A program made the translations under genes and the position numbers. Positions 9,163 to 19,974 of a stretch of DNA of 64,000 nt are shown one piece after another. Below the pieces are notes generated by a model that had not been told where the DNA came from, ran no database searches, and saw nothing but the letters and a program-made list of their open reading frames with translations. Source of the stretch: Auanema rhodensis (lineage: Eukaryota; Animalia; Nematoda); the NCBI GenBank assembly GCA_964057225.1, contig OZ059900.1, positions 14,508,001-14,572,000 of the forward strand, in the 5' to 3' direction. Position 1 is the first letter of the stretch; each line of letters opens with the position of its first letter.

Positions 9163-12100
9163 CTAGGTCTTGATTGGTGTTTCTAGGTCCTTATCCATTG
9201 GTAGACGAGCTGTTTGTCCAAATAGACAATCGTAGGGTGGTGTGCGAGTTGTGGCGTTTGGTAGTCGGTTGATCGTAAAGACAATTTTGGGTAAAATACT
9301 GTCCCAATTATCTTGATCGGCATTAACGTAAGAAGTTAATGCTTCTTCCAGCGTTCTATGTAGTCGTTCTACTTGACCATTTGCGTTCTTGTAGTATGGC
9401 ATAGTAGTGTGATGTTCCGATCCAAGGTTATCGCACATGCTTTTGAATTCGTGTGAGACAAAGTTTGATCCATTGTCTGTGATGATTTTCTTTGGGCGTC
9501 CGAAGACATAGAATAAGTGTGTCATAATAGCTGATACTATTTCTTCTGATGTCTGACGAATTAATGGTATCGCTATAATCCATTTGGAAAATGCGTCCTG
9601 TATAGATAAAATGTATCTATTATCCTTTGCAGTTCTAGGTAATGGTCCTAGTATGTCCATGTGAACTCGTTCCCATGGATGTGTCACTGTTGGGAAGTTT
9701 CTCATTGGTTCAACTGTGGCTTCATGTGGGTTATTTTTCCTCTTTGCACAGTCGAGACATCTGTTCACGTATCTTGTGATATCATCCTGTATTCCTGTCC
9801 AAGTGTACCGTCGCAAAATGGAGTCTTGAGTCTTATTGATTCCAAGATGTGCTCCGAGAATGGGGTCTTTGTGAAATTTCTCGATAATTGGTGTGGTAAT
9901 TGATGAGTCACTTGGCAGAATAGCTCGTGGAGTTTGTAGAGCTGATTTGGGTTTAGCGTATAGAACATCGTTCAAAACAATGTATCTATCCGTTAGTTGT
10001 GTCCCAGCGTTGTTATTTGACAGCTTCTCTTTAGTTTCTTTGATCCATTCTGTGTCGTTTTGAATGGTCCTTAGGTCCGTTACAGTTGAGATTGTCGAAA
10101 CTTGATGAGATGTTGTCTTTATTGTCGGCTTCTTTTTCCTTTCTTTTGCTTCGTTAATTTCGTCCTCAAAGCACCTTGATAAAGCGTCGCAAACGCTATT
10201 AAGGCGTCCTGGGCGATAGATAATTTCAATGTCATACTCTTGGAGTACTATCTGAAATTTGGCTAATCTTCCAATAAGATCTTTCCTCGTCATGAGACTG
10301 GTTAAGGGTCTATGATCGGTAATAATTTTGATCGGTGCCCCTAGGATGTAGGTACGAAATTGGTGAACCGCAAAGGTTAGAGCTAAGGCTTCAATCTCAA
10401 TGGGGGGATAGTTCCTTTCTGCTCTGTTCAGTTTACGGCTAGCGAAAGCTATTGGGTGCAGTGGTTCTCGATCGTCCGCGGATTGCAATAAAACTGCTCC
10501 TACTGCAATAGTGCTTCCGTCGCTTTCGACTACATATGGCCGTTTTGCTCTAGGCGCTTGGAGGACTGGTGCTTCACAAAGTGCTTTCTTTAGGTGTTGA
10601 AAAGATTTTTCTTCTTTGTCTCCCCATGTGAAGGTTTTATCCTTTTTTGTGAGGTCATAAAGCGGTGATGCAATGCCTGCGGCATTCCTAATGAATCTCC
10701 GGAAGTAGTTTACAACTCCCATGAATGCTCGAACTCCTGTGATTGATTTTGGTCTTGGATAATCTTGGATTGCTTTTACTTTCTGCGGGTCTGGTTTTAT
10801 TCCTTCGTGTCCAACAATGAATCCTAGGAATTTGACTTCTTGTTGTCCAAAGGTACATTTCTTAAGCTTGATTTTCAATCCTAGCTCTGCTGATGCGTTC
10901 AGTACTTCGTCGATATCTTGTAAATGTTTTGTCGTTGATTCCGATATGAGAAGTAGATCGTCGAGATAGACGAAGAGCTTGCATCGTACGTGTTGTTGTA
11001 AATATCGTACTGCATTTTGGAATGTGTGTGGAGCTCCGCAGAGTCCCATCGGCATTCTGCAGTATTGATAAGTTCCGCTCGTAGTAGTGAATGCGGTGAG
11101 GTGTCTATCTTCTGATCTAAGAGGGATTTGAAAGAATCCAGATACTAGATCAAAGTTACTGAAGATACGTGCTCCGGCTGCTAGGTCCAAGATATCTTGA
11201 ATGTTAGATATAACGTAGATTTGTTTTTGCGTTATTGCGTTAAGTGCTCGAAAATCAGTCACAAATCTATCTGTTTTATCCTTTTTCTTGACCAATATTA
11301 CGGGACTGGTAGTCATAGAAAAAGATGGCTCAATTATTCCTTGTTCTAACATTTCCTCCACTTGTTTTTCTACTTCTTCTTGTTGTGATAGAGGTATTCT
11401 GTACGTGATCTTGAAAGATGGAACTTTTCCTTCGATGATCGGGATGCTATGTTCCACTGGTTCTTTGAAAAGTCCGATATTTCGATCCTCGTTCAAGAAA
11501 GCTTCCTTATTTCTAAGTACTATTTTCTTTAATTGTTGTCTTTCTAATTGAGTGAAGATGGAATTTGAGACATCTAGATCTTTTATGAAATCATCTGGAA
11601 AGAATGGTAGTTGATCTTCCCATCTTGCTTCTGGTGGTACATATTGTCCTTTTTGCTCCTCCGTGTTTTTGGGGATAGCATAAGCTGTTCCAATGCCTTG
11701 GTTTGTCTGGACTTCGATTGTATCCGAAGAGATATTTGTAGCAAATATCTGGACTCCATATCCTGTTGGGGTGAAAGTTGTAGGCGCAAAACTCATTTTT
11801 CCTGTTCGTTGTGAGCTTCTAATGAAAGCTTGTTCGAATGAGGCGGGATCATTTACTTCCAAAGTTAGAGATCTTGTTTCTCCGGGGTAAAATTGTTTAG
11901 TTTCCAGACTAACAACGTGTGTAATTGTGTGTTTTTCTGTCCATGCATTGTAGTTTTGCGCTAGAGGTACCGTGGTATCTCCAATCAGCAATGAATTTTG
12001 CAGAGGGCGTAAGGATGTGAGGATTCCTTCTCTGTTGAGTGCTTCAATAAAATCTATTCCAAGCAATATTGGTGCTGGGCAATGATTGTCAGAAGATATC

Positions 12101-15100
12101 AATATTTTGTGGTCAATTTCGGTCTTTCCAATTATTATTGGCAGTCTTGTATATCCTAGGAAGGAAAATCGAGACTTGTTTGCTACAACAGCTGTAGTTT
12201 TCTCAGCGACCATTTTTGCTGCCGGTAATTGATTGAAAGTGCTCTCTTTCATATATGAAATTGATGCACCTGTATCCCATAATGCAGTAAAAACTTGGTT
12301 GTAAATTGATATGGGTACGAATGGTAATCGGGATCCTCCAATGTAGTTTATCTTTGATTCTTTAATAGCGTACCTGGGCAGATAGGTTAGCAGATCGCTA
12401 TCTGTTAATGGTGCATCGGGATCATAGCGTGAGAGTGGAGCATGGTAGTTGTCTTGTGTCGCTCTTCTTAACGGCTGAAGTTCGGTCTCTTGGGCTGGAT
12501 GTTCTCTTCTTTCTTCGTCATCTTCTTCGATATAATTGATGGGAATTCTTGTGACACGTGCGTATATTTTGATTCCGTAAATCAGCGCGGTGATGAGTCC
12601 TATTATCACGATGATTGCGCCGATTGTGGCAAGTGTTCTTAATAGCCAGGCCTTGAAAGTTTCTCCAATAAAAGTGAAGAAGCTGGAAATTCCTTCGTTT
12701 GCCGTGTTTCCGACGATGTCTCCCACTACGATAGGAATTTTTATGGCATTTTCAAGGATGTTGAGTGGATTCAGACTGATTCCTTTCTTGTTGTTAAATA
12801 TAGGTTTCAATCTTCCTGGCAAGGTGGCTTGTAGAGACGCTAGACTGGATCCGTATGAAATAGCGAGTTCAAACGGGAATGAAGATTCCGTGAGGTTGGC
12901 ATATATGTTGGAGTTGTTGAATTTTATGTGATCGATTTTGATCGAAGTGAGTTCGTCCGCAAATGATAGGTTCGTCACATTTAGTGTTGTGTTTTCCTTC
13001 ATCCATTGGTCGTCTAATTTATATGGATCCGTTGTAGCCATCATGCAGTCGATTCGTCTGCCCATTGGTGAAATATCGCGTGTTCCAGGTATTAAAAACA
13101 GTTCTCCATGATGTTCTGTATCTACTGGTGTTTCCATGTAACATGTTCCGTTTCTTTTGTGATCCGAGTAGATTTTTGTTACGTGGATAGGTGTGCAAGG
13201 CATTACGTAGATAAGGTGTTCAGCAACAAATTTAGCTGATATATCCTGACGTCTAAGCATTGTGCGGATACCAATAGTTGGGTTGATTTGTAGAATGGCC
13301 CACCACGTAAGGAGTTGTTTGTTTTGCATCCTACAGATGTCCTTTTTCGTTTTTTGAAACGCCTTCAAAATTTCTTCTTCTAGTTGCGAGGTTGAATATT
13401 GTAGATGCGATTGTGTATCCAGTTGACGTAATTGTTCATCATATTTCTGGATGATATCATGTCTTGTACGAAGAAAATTAGCGTGTGCTTGCTGTCCTAT
13501 GTGAGATTGAACTTCTCTTGCTTGTTGAGGTGTTGTGGCGGCTCGTTTGGTTGTTGTCCTTGGCTCTATCACTGTTGAAGAGATTTGCGGAATTTCTGTT
13601 CGCGTTACAAGCTGTTTTGGTAATGAGAATGGCGTTGTCGTAGCTTGATAGTAGTGATATCTTCTTGGAGTAGTTGTAGAGCTTGGTGATAATGTTCTGG
13701 GAGTGTGGAAAGGTTTGGGAGTAGTTCGAAAAGTTGTTGTTGTAGTCGCGTGCGTAGTAGAGCTTGTAGTGCTTGCGGAAGTCGTGGTAGTCGTAGTCGT
13801 TGTTGTTGAATACGTGAGGGAGTCGATTAATTCAAGATATGTTCGTTGAAATCTCTCGCTTTCTTCCTGTGAAATAGTTTTAGTCGTTGGTGTACCACGT
13901 GGCAGTCCGAAGTTCTGAGCTAGTCCTTCAAAGATGATTGCGTAATTAGGAAAAATAATCCTTGGACTAGTTGATTCCTCTTCCAATTTATTCCACTTTC
14001 TGCTCTCTTTTTCGCGTTCTTCTGTTGATATATGTAGCAGACGATTATGTGATGCTATATAGTCAATAAAGTTTAATACTTCGTCGATTTGTGTGTAAAA
14101 CGAAATGTCCATTCTAGGAGTTGTTCTTCTCGACATCCTAGGTGGGTATAGTTGAAATAAATATTCTTCTAATGAAGGAATCGTTTCTCCTGTTGCTAAT
14201 ACTGCGGGAGTTTGTGCGATTTCAAATGCAATGTCTCTCGCTCGCTCTAAGTAGTCTCCTGTGCGTTTTTCCAACTTATCGGCGAACTCCTCAATCGTGA
14301 TTTGTTTACTCAGTTTTTCTGTGAGCTCAGATGGTAGGAGATGCGCGATAGCAATTTCTGTTGCTAGGAGAATTTCTGCTTTTGCCAGTGCATGTAGAAT
14401 GGCGATATTAGTGTCGTTGTAGTTGTACCATAATAGTGTTTCCTTGATCGCGATTGCGTCTAACTTGAGGAATTTTGTAAGTCCTACGTGAATACTGGAA
14501 GTTTTCAGATAGTCTATGAGACTGTAAGAATTATCCAATCTTTTCCGGTTGCGATACTTCTGATACATTGGAATAATTCCTGTAGAGCTGTCCGTAAGAC
14601 GTAATGATGGATATATGGTGATATTGAAAAAGCGTGTAGGGTATTCTTGTGGCGCTTTCCTTTTCTGTCGTCTTGGAGTCTCTTTAGGTGGTATATGAAT
14701 GTATGTACCACTATTCGTTGCATGTATATCCTTTCCTAAACATCGAGTTGCTATGTTATCCGGTTTCTGGTCTTGGAGGATAAATGCGCTCTGTATCTCC
14801 GAGATTAGGACTGTGTCGTTGTTGACAAGTGCTGAGAAGTTTCCTAAGGAGCTGAAGTCACATTCGTGATGGTCGTGAGGTGGTGTCCAAACGATTATGG
14901 CATTGTGCGTTGTACAAGTTCCTGCTTTCTTTGCACATCCTTCCGTGTTGAGAAAAAGGTCTGATATGATGATATCGTCATGTAGACAAGTCATCATTCC
15001 TCTTTCTAACGTTAATCTTGGAGTTGTGGTGCAAGATGTAGACCAAAATGAGTAAGACTGATTGTTTAAAGGTAAAGGTGCCTTAAATAGTCCTGGAGCT

Positions 15101-17100
15101 GTACGTACAAGATTCGTATCCATATGTCTTCTTTCTTGTATAGCTTCCTTACATTCCTTGAGAGTTGCGGCTTCGACGTAAAGTAGAGTGATATTGTTTT
15201 CTCTAATGAACAGTCTATCGTGAGCACATGTTCTGTAGATTTCTTTGGAGCATTTCCAAGCCTCCCATTCCTTGTAATGCATGTTTTCTGCGAATAATTC
15301 GACGTTAGTAATTTGAACTCCATCCTTGTGTATGTTTTCTGAGCATAAAGTTGGCCGAGGGGGTTCGAGAAAGATGCCTCCTCGTGTTCCGGTGTATAGA
15401 TGGTAGGTGTTGTCTGCGTGACAAGGAAGTATTGTCAGTGCCATGATGGAAAGGAAGAGAGGTGTGAATGGAAGTTTCTTGTTGCTCATGCGGGGTGTTT
15501 CATTGTTAACTTGGTTAACATGGAATCGTACTGATGGGCTTCTTGTGCGATTTCTGTAGCGCGAATTAGGTCCATATGATTCATGGTGATCTCTGTTCTG
15601 GTATCTTCGATCGTACTGGTTTCCGCGATGATAGTTGTTATTATATCTGTTATCGTAACGGTCGTTATACCTATTATTTCTGTGTGGGCTACGGTAGTTG
15701 TTTGGTCCTCTTGAGCGTGGTCTGTTATTCCTGTTCCTGTCGTTGTATTGATGGTATCTTCCTGTTCTTCTTTCATCGTTATGACGGTATCCTCCTCGTC
15801 TTTGGTGCCATGGTTCTTGAGGTCTTTGTGGATGTGAGGAATTGTCGTGTGGCCTGGATGATAGATGTGGTGCCGGTCCTCTATGAATTTTATCACGCTG
15901 TGTAGCTCTCATGTGATTGATGTGCTCGTTATTGATATTCAAATCATCTAGTCCATCGGTTAAGTTGTTGATGAAGGAAGAGGGGTCCTCATCTGCTTCA
16001 ACGGTTTCAGCGATTGTGACGGCTGATTCAAAGGTGGTTGGGCTTCGATTATTGACGTGCGTACGTAGTTGTTTCCGTAATCCACCAAGGAAAGCTACAC
16101 GTAATATACGTTCGTCAGCATCGGTGTTCATATCGCTTGCTTCATAAGCCAGATTTCGACAGCGTTGTGCAAAATGGTTGACAGTTTCACTCTCTCCTTG
16201 CTTCATGCGAGTGAGTCTGGTGAACGCGGCATCTCGCTTCTCTTGAGGTTGAAGTTTGAGAGACAAAATGCGCTTTACGTTATTCCATCCTTGACGTATT
16301 TCGTCCGGAGTTATGCAACGTAAAGCATCGGCTGCTTTGTCCGTCCCCAACAATAGATAGAGGTGCGACAGACGCTCAGCCATGGGTACTTGTAACGCGT
16401 CAAAATAACCTTCCAATCTCCTCATGTAGAGGTTAAAAGGTACTGCTCCATCATACAAGGTGTGTTTATGGTGGCGAATAGAAACAGTGTTCGTGGGTAG
16501 CATGCGGAAATTAGAGTTGTTTTGGGTTTGATCATTGGAGTTTGGGTGGTCATCCATCCGGTCAGTCATCTGAGCGATTTTTCTCTTCTCTGCAACATTC
16601 AAATTGAAATTGGTGGTTACTTCCGACGGAGAAGATACAGGAGAAGAAGATTGCCCATGTAATGATTGATCGGATGAAGAGGGAGAATTTCGAGGAAGAG
16701 GAGAAGACAGAATAGCAGTATTTGGGTATGAAGATAAAATTTGAGAATAATTTTTACGAGGGGAAGTATTTGTGCTAACATTACTAGAGCTTTTTATAAC
16801 ATTAGAAGTGCGTTTTGGAGTTTGTTTGCTAATAGACGCTTTAATTTTACTTAGAGTAATAGCGTGGCGAGAAGTTTTAATAGCTGTTGTGCCTATTTTC
16901 TTCGCGGGGGTACCCGGTATAGCGGGTGGTTTCTTTGCAGCAGTAGGTCGGCGCTTCGTGTCCGGCTCATAAACATTTGGAGGTCCTCTTTTTCTTTGAT
17001 TCCGCTCGAGTACTGGCTCGACGTGCGTATCATTACCGGGGGCTGCGCTCTGTGGATTTGTTTTATCCTGCGGAGGATTTTTACTCTTCGAGTCCGTCAT
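9163..17100 (-). CDS. Gypsy-A Gag-Env-PR-RT-RH-IN polyprotein (2645 aa, prematurely terminated in integrase)
   Basis: Gag QGESETV motif, internal signal peptide, Cys-rich glycoprotein, TM, WDTGA, RMPMGL/YLDD, TDHRPL, HHCC, TDNG, NGQVER. Confidence 0.95.
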   Translation of the reverse strand: MTDSKSKNPPQDKTNPQSAAPGNDTHVEPVLERNQRKRGPPNVYEPDTKRRPTAAKKPPAIPGTPAKKIGTTAIKTSRHAITLSKIKASISKQTPKRTSNVIKSSSNVSTNTSPRKNYSQILSSYPNTAILSSPLPRNSPSSSDQSLHGQSSSPVSSPSEVTTNFNLNVAEKRKIAQMTDRMDDHPNSNDQTQNNSNFRMLPTNTVSIRHHKHTLYDGAVPFNLYMRRLEGYFDALQVPMAERLSHLYLLLGTDKAADALRCITPDEIRQGWNNVKRILSLKLQPQEKRDAAFTRLTRMKQGESETVNHFAQRCRNLAYEASDMNTDADERILRVAFLGGLRKQLRTHVNNRSPTTFESAVTIAETVEADEDPSSFINNLTDGLDDLNINNEHINHMRATQRDKIHRGPAPHLSSRPHDNSSHPQRPQEPWHQRRGGYRHNDERRTGRYHQYNDRNRNNRPRSRGPNNYRSPHRNNRYNDRYDNRYNNNYHRGNQYDRRYQNRDHHESYGPNSRYRNRTRSPSVRFHVNQVNNETPRMSNKKLPFTPLFLSIMALTILPCHADNTYHLYTGTRGGIFLEPPRPTLCSENIHKDGVQITNVELFAENMHYKEWEAWKCSKEIYRTCAHDRLFIRENNITLLYVEAATLKECKEAIQERRHMDTNLVRTAPGLFKAPLPLNNQSYSFWSTSCTTTPRLTLERGMMTCLHDDIIISDLFLNTEGCAKKAGTCTTHNAIIVWTPPHDHHECDFSSLGNFSALVNNDTVLISEIQSAFILQDQKPDNIATRCLGKDIHATNSGTYIHIPPKETPRRQKRKAPQEYPTRFFNITIYPSLRLTDSSTGIIPMYQKYRNRKRLDNSYSLIDYLKTSSIHVGLTKFLKLDAIAIKETLLWYNYNDTNIAILHALAKAEILLATEIAIAHLLPSELTEKLSKQITIEEFADKLEKRTGDYLERARDIAFEIAQTPAVLATGETIPSLEEYLFQLYPPRMSRRTTPRMDISFYTQIDEVLNFIDYIASHNRLLHISTEEREKESRKWNKLEEESTSPRIIFPNYAIIFEGLAQNFGLPRGTPTTKTISQEESERFQRTYLELIDSLTYSTTTTTTTTTSASTTSSTTHATTTTTFRTTPKPFHTPRTLSPSSTTTPRRYHYYQATTTPFSLPKQLVTRTEIPQISSTVIEPRTTTKRAATTPQQAREVQSHIGQQAHANFLRTRHDIIQKYDEQLRQLDTQSHLQYSTSQLEEEILKAFQKTKKDICRMQNKQLLTWWAILQINPTIGIRTMLRRQDISAKFVAEHLIYVMPCTPIHVTKIYSDHKRNGTCYMETPVDTEHHGELFLIPGTRDISPMGRRIDCMMATTDPYKLDDQWMKENTTLNVTNLSFADELTSIKIDHIKFNNSNIYANLTESSFPFELAISYGSSLASLQATLPGRLKPIFNNKKGISLNPLNILENAIKIPIVVGDIVGNTANEGISSFFTFIGETFKAWLLRTLATIGAIIVIIGLITALIYGIKIYARVTRIPINYIEEDDEERREHPAQETELQPLRRATQDNYHAPLSRYDPDAPLTDSDLLTYLPRYAIKESKINYIGGSRLPFVPISIYNQVFTALWDTGASISYMKESTFNQLPAAKMVAEKTTAVVANKSRFSFLGYTRLPIIIGKTEIDHKILISSDNHCPAPILLGIDFIEALNREGILTSLRPLQNSLLIGDTTVPLAQNYNAWTEKHTITHVVSLETKQFYPGETRSLTLEVNDPASFEQAFIRSSQRTGKMSFAPTTFTPTGYGVQIFATNISSDTIEVQTNQGIGTAYAIPKNTEEQKGQYVPPEARWEDQLPFFPDDFIKDLDVSNSIFTQLERQQLKKIVLRNKEAFLNEDRNIGLFKEPVEHSIPIIEGKVPSFKITYRIPLSQQEEVEKQVEEMLEQGIIEPSFSMTTSPVILVKKKDKTDRFVTDFRALNAITQKQIYVISNIQDILDLAAGARIFSNFDLVSGFFQIPLRSEDRHLTAFTTTSGTYQYCRMPMGLCGAPHTFQNAVRYLQQHVRCKLFVYLDDLLLISESTTKHLQDIDEVLNASAELGLKIKLKKCTFGQQEVKFLGFIVGHEGIKPDPQKVKAIQDYPRPKSITGVRAFMGVVNYFRRFIRNAAGIASPLYDLTKKDKTFTWGDKEEKSFQHLKKALCEAPVLQAPRAKRPYVVESDGSTIAVGAVLLQSADDREPLHPIAFASRKLNRAERNYPPIEIEALALTFAVHQFRTYILGAPIKIITDHRPLTSLMTRKDLIGRLAKFQIVLQEYDIEIIYRPGRLNSVCDALSRCFEDEINEAKERKKKPTIKTTSHQVSTISTVTDLRTIQNDTEWIKETKEKLSNNNAGTQLTDRYIVLNDVLYAKPKSALQTPRAILPSDSSITTPIIEKFHKDPILGAHLGINKTQDSILRRYTWTGIQDDITRYVNRCLDCAKRKNNPHEATVEPMRNFPTVTHPWERVHMDILGPLPRTAKDNRYILSIQDAFSKWIIAIPLIRQTSEEIVSAIMTHLFYVFGRPKKIITDNGSNFVSHEFKSMCDNLGSEHHTTMPYYKNANGQVERLHRTLEEALTSYVNADQDNWDSILPKIVFTINRLPNATTRTPPYDCLFGQTARLPMDKDLETPIKT
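12560..15475 (-). other. Env domain of Gypsy-A, class III (gB/chuvirus G-like) fusion glycoprotein
   Basis: Signal LFLSIMALTILPCHA, furin-type RRQKR, INPTIGIR...PCTPI...CYMETPV...FLIPGTRDI...IDC, TM LATIGAIIVIIGLITALIYGI. Boundaries approximate. Confidence 0.75.
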
Positions 17101-17878
17101 CTTGTTGGTTTTCCTGGAAAGGAAATTATTATACCAACGATGCGAATCTTATAAAAATATATATACAACGTGAGAGGCAATATGGGGTTGTATGCGTGAC
17201 GCTTGCTAGGGGGCCAGCCTGCAGCGAATCTTCTAACGGAGAATTGCTCAATCGGGTACATACACGGGCCTGTGACCGGTGCGCCCTTTCTAGGATCAAG
17301 TTCCCATCTCTCGAATAGGCGTGAAATATACGACGGTGATCTAAGCAGTATTCCCTTTCAGTCTTTCGACAAGATTAGGTGCTCAGGCCTCGTACATTCA
17401 CTTTCCCAGACTTCTCTTGCCTATGAAAAATCACAGAAATCGCTCCCTTAACGAAATTCTGCTCCCCTGATTTTTCATGGTGAGACCACTCTAACACTTT
17501 CATTCTCGACTAATTCTGTCGTAATTTTCAAATTTGCAAAAATAGGACCAAAAAGGGATCTTCAAAATCAGGAATGCGTACGTCTTATATCAAAAATAGT
17601 GGTTGCCTCCGCTCAGTTCTCGAGACAGTCTGGTATTGCTTCTCACGGGCTACTTTTAGGATCAAAATGCAAAATTATAAATCTTAGTTTCGGGATTCAG
17701 ATAAAAAAAATTTCAAAATTATTTGACTGTTTTCTGGGTTATATTAGGAAGAAGAGAAAAAATAATAGTAATAAGAGAGGGAAAAAGATGAAATTTAAAA
17801 GAAGATAAAAGAAAAATAAAATAGGAATATAGTAGGAATATAGTAGGAATATAGTGCTAGTATAGAATAGTTTTGTAC

Positions 17879-17883
<5 letters not shown>

Positions 17884-17908
<25 letters not shown>
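17884..17908. repeat. (TA)n microsatellite in the AT-rich leader of Gypsy-A
   Basis: Visible dinucleotide run; also three AGGAATATAGT repeats at ~17823-17855. Confidence 0.85.
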
Positions 17909-17909
<1 letters not shown>

Positions 17910-18475
17910 AAGGAGTAATACATTTTAAAGGATAGAATAGAAATTAATGAATTTTAATATATATAAAACAATGAATTTTGTGATGATTCATACATTTTTG
18001 ATTCAAAAATTGTTTGAAACTTTATAACAAAAAATTTATAAGAGATAGAATAGAGTTTGATTAAAAAAAATGGAATTTTTATTTTAAGTAAGAAAAAGAA
18101 TTAATAAGAATTGACAGAAAAAATATCGAAATACCTTCATTAGATGAATAAATATAGAAGAATTTCAAATTAATTTATGATAGTTATAAACAAAGTTTTT
18201 CTTGAAAATGAATGAAAGATCTTAGAATATGGATAAAAATCGAAATGTTTCTTTTAAATGAATGAATATAAAATTTCAAAATTAAGTTGTTTCAAAATAT
18301 ATTTCTTTAAATAAATGTATATAAGATTTCAAAATTAATTTATGAATCAAAATCAAAATAAAGTTTTTTTGAATGAATGAAATAAAGAAGAGAAAGATTT
18401 CAAATTAAATTCATATAGCATAATCGAAATATAATTCTTTAATTAGATGTATGAAAGACAACAAAATTAAATTTA

Positions 18476-18949
18476 TGTAGCGAAATATGGTTCTTAGAGA
18501 TTCGTCGGTTATAGACGAATCTCGGTGGAACCTCCACGTTCCATGGTGGTTCCCCAGGGTTCCGGCTGGGTAACCACATGGATTTATTTTCTTTTCTTCC
18601 AAATATAAATGATAAAGAGTATAGAGAGAAAGGTTTATTCATGATAAAGTATACAAATTACAATAATAAAAGTTACATAATGATTCCTAGTCGCAGCCCA
18701 AAGGACTCGTAAGGAAACCTTATATAGTATTCCTTACGAGCATAAAAAGTGGTTATATCAGGTCCGCGGAACTTGGTTCCGCTTGAATTGGGCTTTCTTT
18801 AATTAAACTTAATATGAAAAAGTGTTCGTTCATTGTTGCATTGAATTCCTGTTTCTCAAATGTAGCGTCAGCTATTTGTTTTTATAATGTTCCGTTTTAT
18901 AAGCGATTGACGTTGTCAATCGCTCTACTTATAGGACACGTATGGAACA
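18476..18949 (-). repeat. 5' LTR of Gypsy-A (inner boundary inferred)
   Basis: 18537-18949 matches the left LTR; TGTAGC at 18476 marks the compositional boundary with the AT-rich leader. Confidence 0.8.
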
Positions 18950-19024
18950 TTAGAGACAGTGTTTCATTTTTTTACTATAATTCAAACTCACACTCTTAAT
19001 GAAAGTTTCTAAGTGCAAATTCAA

Positions 19025-19096
19025 TCGTCGGTAGTATAGTGGTGAGTATCCGCGTCTGTCACATGCGAAACCCGGGTTCAATTCCCGGCCGGGGAG
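19025..19096 (+). tRNA. tRNA-Asp(GTC) variant
   Basis: C3G acceptor mismatch; variable-loop G>A. Confidence 0.85.
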
Positions 19097-19463
19097 AATG
19101 TTTTTGTTCTGATTCATCGTTATTGAATATTATGCTATTTTCGTTTTCTTCAAAAAGTCGGATAAAAACGATAATTATCAGAAAAAAGATTGTTTTAAAC
19201 TTTCTGCTTTTTCAAAAGTGATTTGAGCTTGTGATTTTTTTTTAAATTTTCAAACATTTCTATTTAATTTAAGTGTTCTATATTAATTACGATGAAAAAA
19301 ATTGAAACGTCAGCGTTAATCAATTGTTCATTGTAACACCAAACTTCAATTAGCTCTTTGTGTAAAGTAGGCCATAAAACAAGATATGTTAGAGACAGTG
19401 TTTCATTTTTCTACTTTAATTCAAACTCACACTCTTAATGAAAGTTTCTAAGTGCAAATTCAA

Positions 19464-19535
19464 TCCTCGGTAGTATAGTAGTGAGTATCCGCGTCTGTCA
19501 CATGCGAGACCCGGGTTCAATTCCCGGCCGGGGAG
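19464..19535 (+). tRNA. tRNA-Asp(GTC) variant
   Basis: D-loop G18A. Confidence 0.85.
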
Positions 19536-19902
19536 AATGTTTTTGTTCTGATTCATCGTTATTGAATGTTATGCTTTTTTTGTTTTCTTCAAAAAGTCGG
19601 ATAAAAACGATAATTATTAGAAAAAAGATTGTTTTAAACTTTCTGCTTTTTCAAAAGTGATTTGAGCTTGTGATTTTTTTTTAAATTTTCAAACTTTTCT
19701 ATTTAATTTAAGTGTTCTATATTAATTACGATGAAAAAAATTGAAACGTCAGCGTTAATCAATTGTTCATTGTAACACCAAACTTCAATTAGCTCTTTGT
19801 GTAAAGTAGGCCATAAAACAAGATATGTTAGAGACAGTGTTTCATTTTTCTACTTTAATTCAAACTCACACTCTTAATGAAAGTTTCTAAGTGCAAATTC
19901 AA

Positions 19903-19974
19903 TCCTCGGTAGTATAGTGGTGAGTATCCGCGTCTGTCACATGCGAGACCCGGGTTCAATTCCCGGCCGGGGAG
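19903..19974 (+). tRNA. tRNA-Asp(GTC)
   Basis: Consensus copy. Confidence 0.95.

Larger units (their letters stand above)
6677..18949 (-). mobile_element. Ty3/gypsy (Metaviridae) LTR element Gypsy-A with env between gag and pol
   Basis: Direct repeats 6677-7110 and 18537-18949; PR (WDTGA), RT (YLDD), RH, IN order; GPY motif. Confidence 0.95.
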
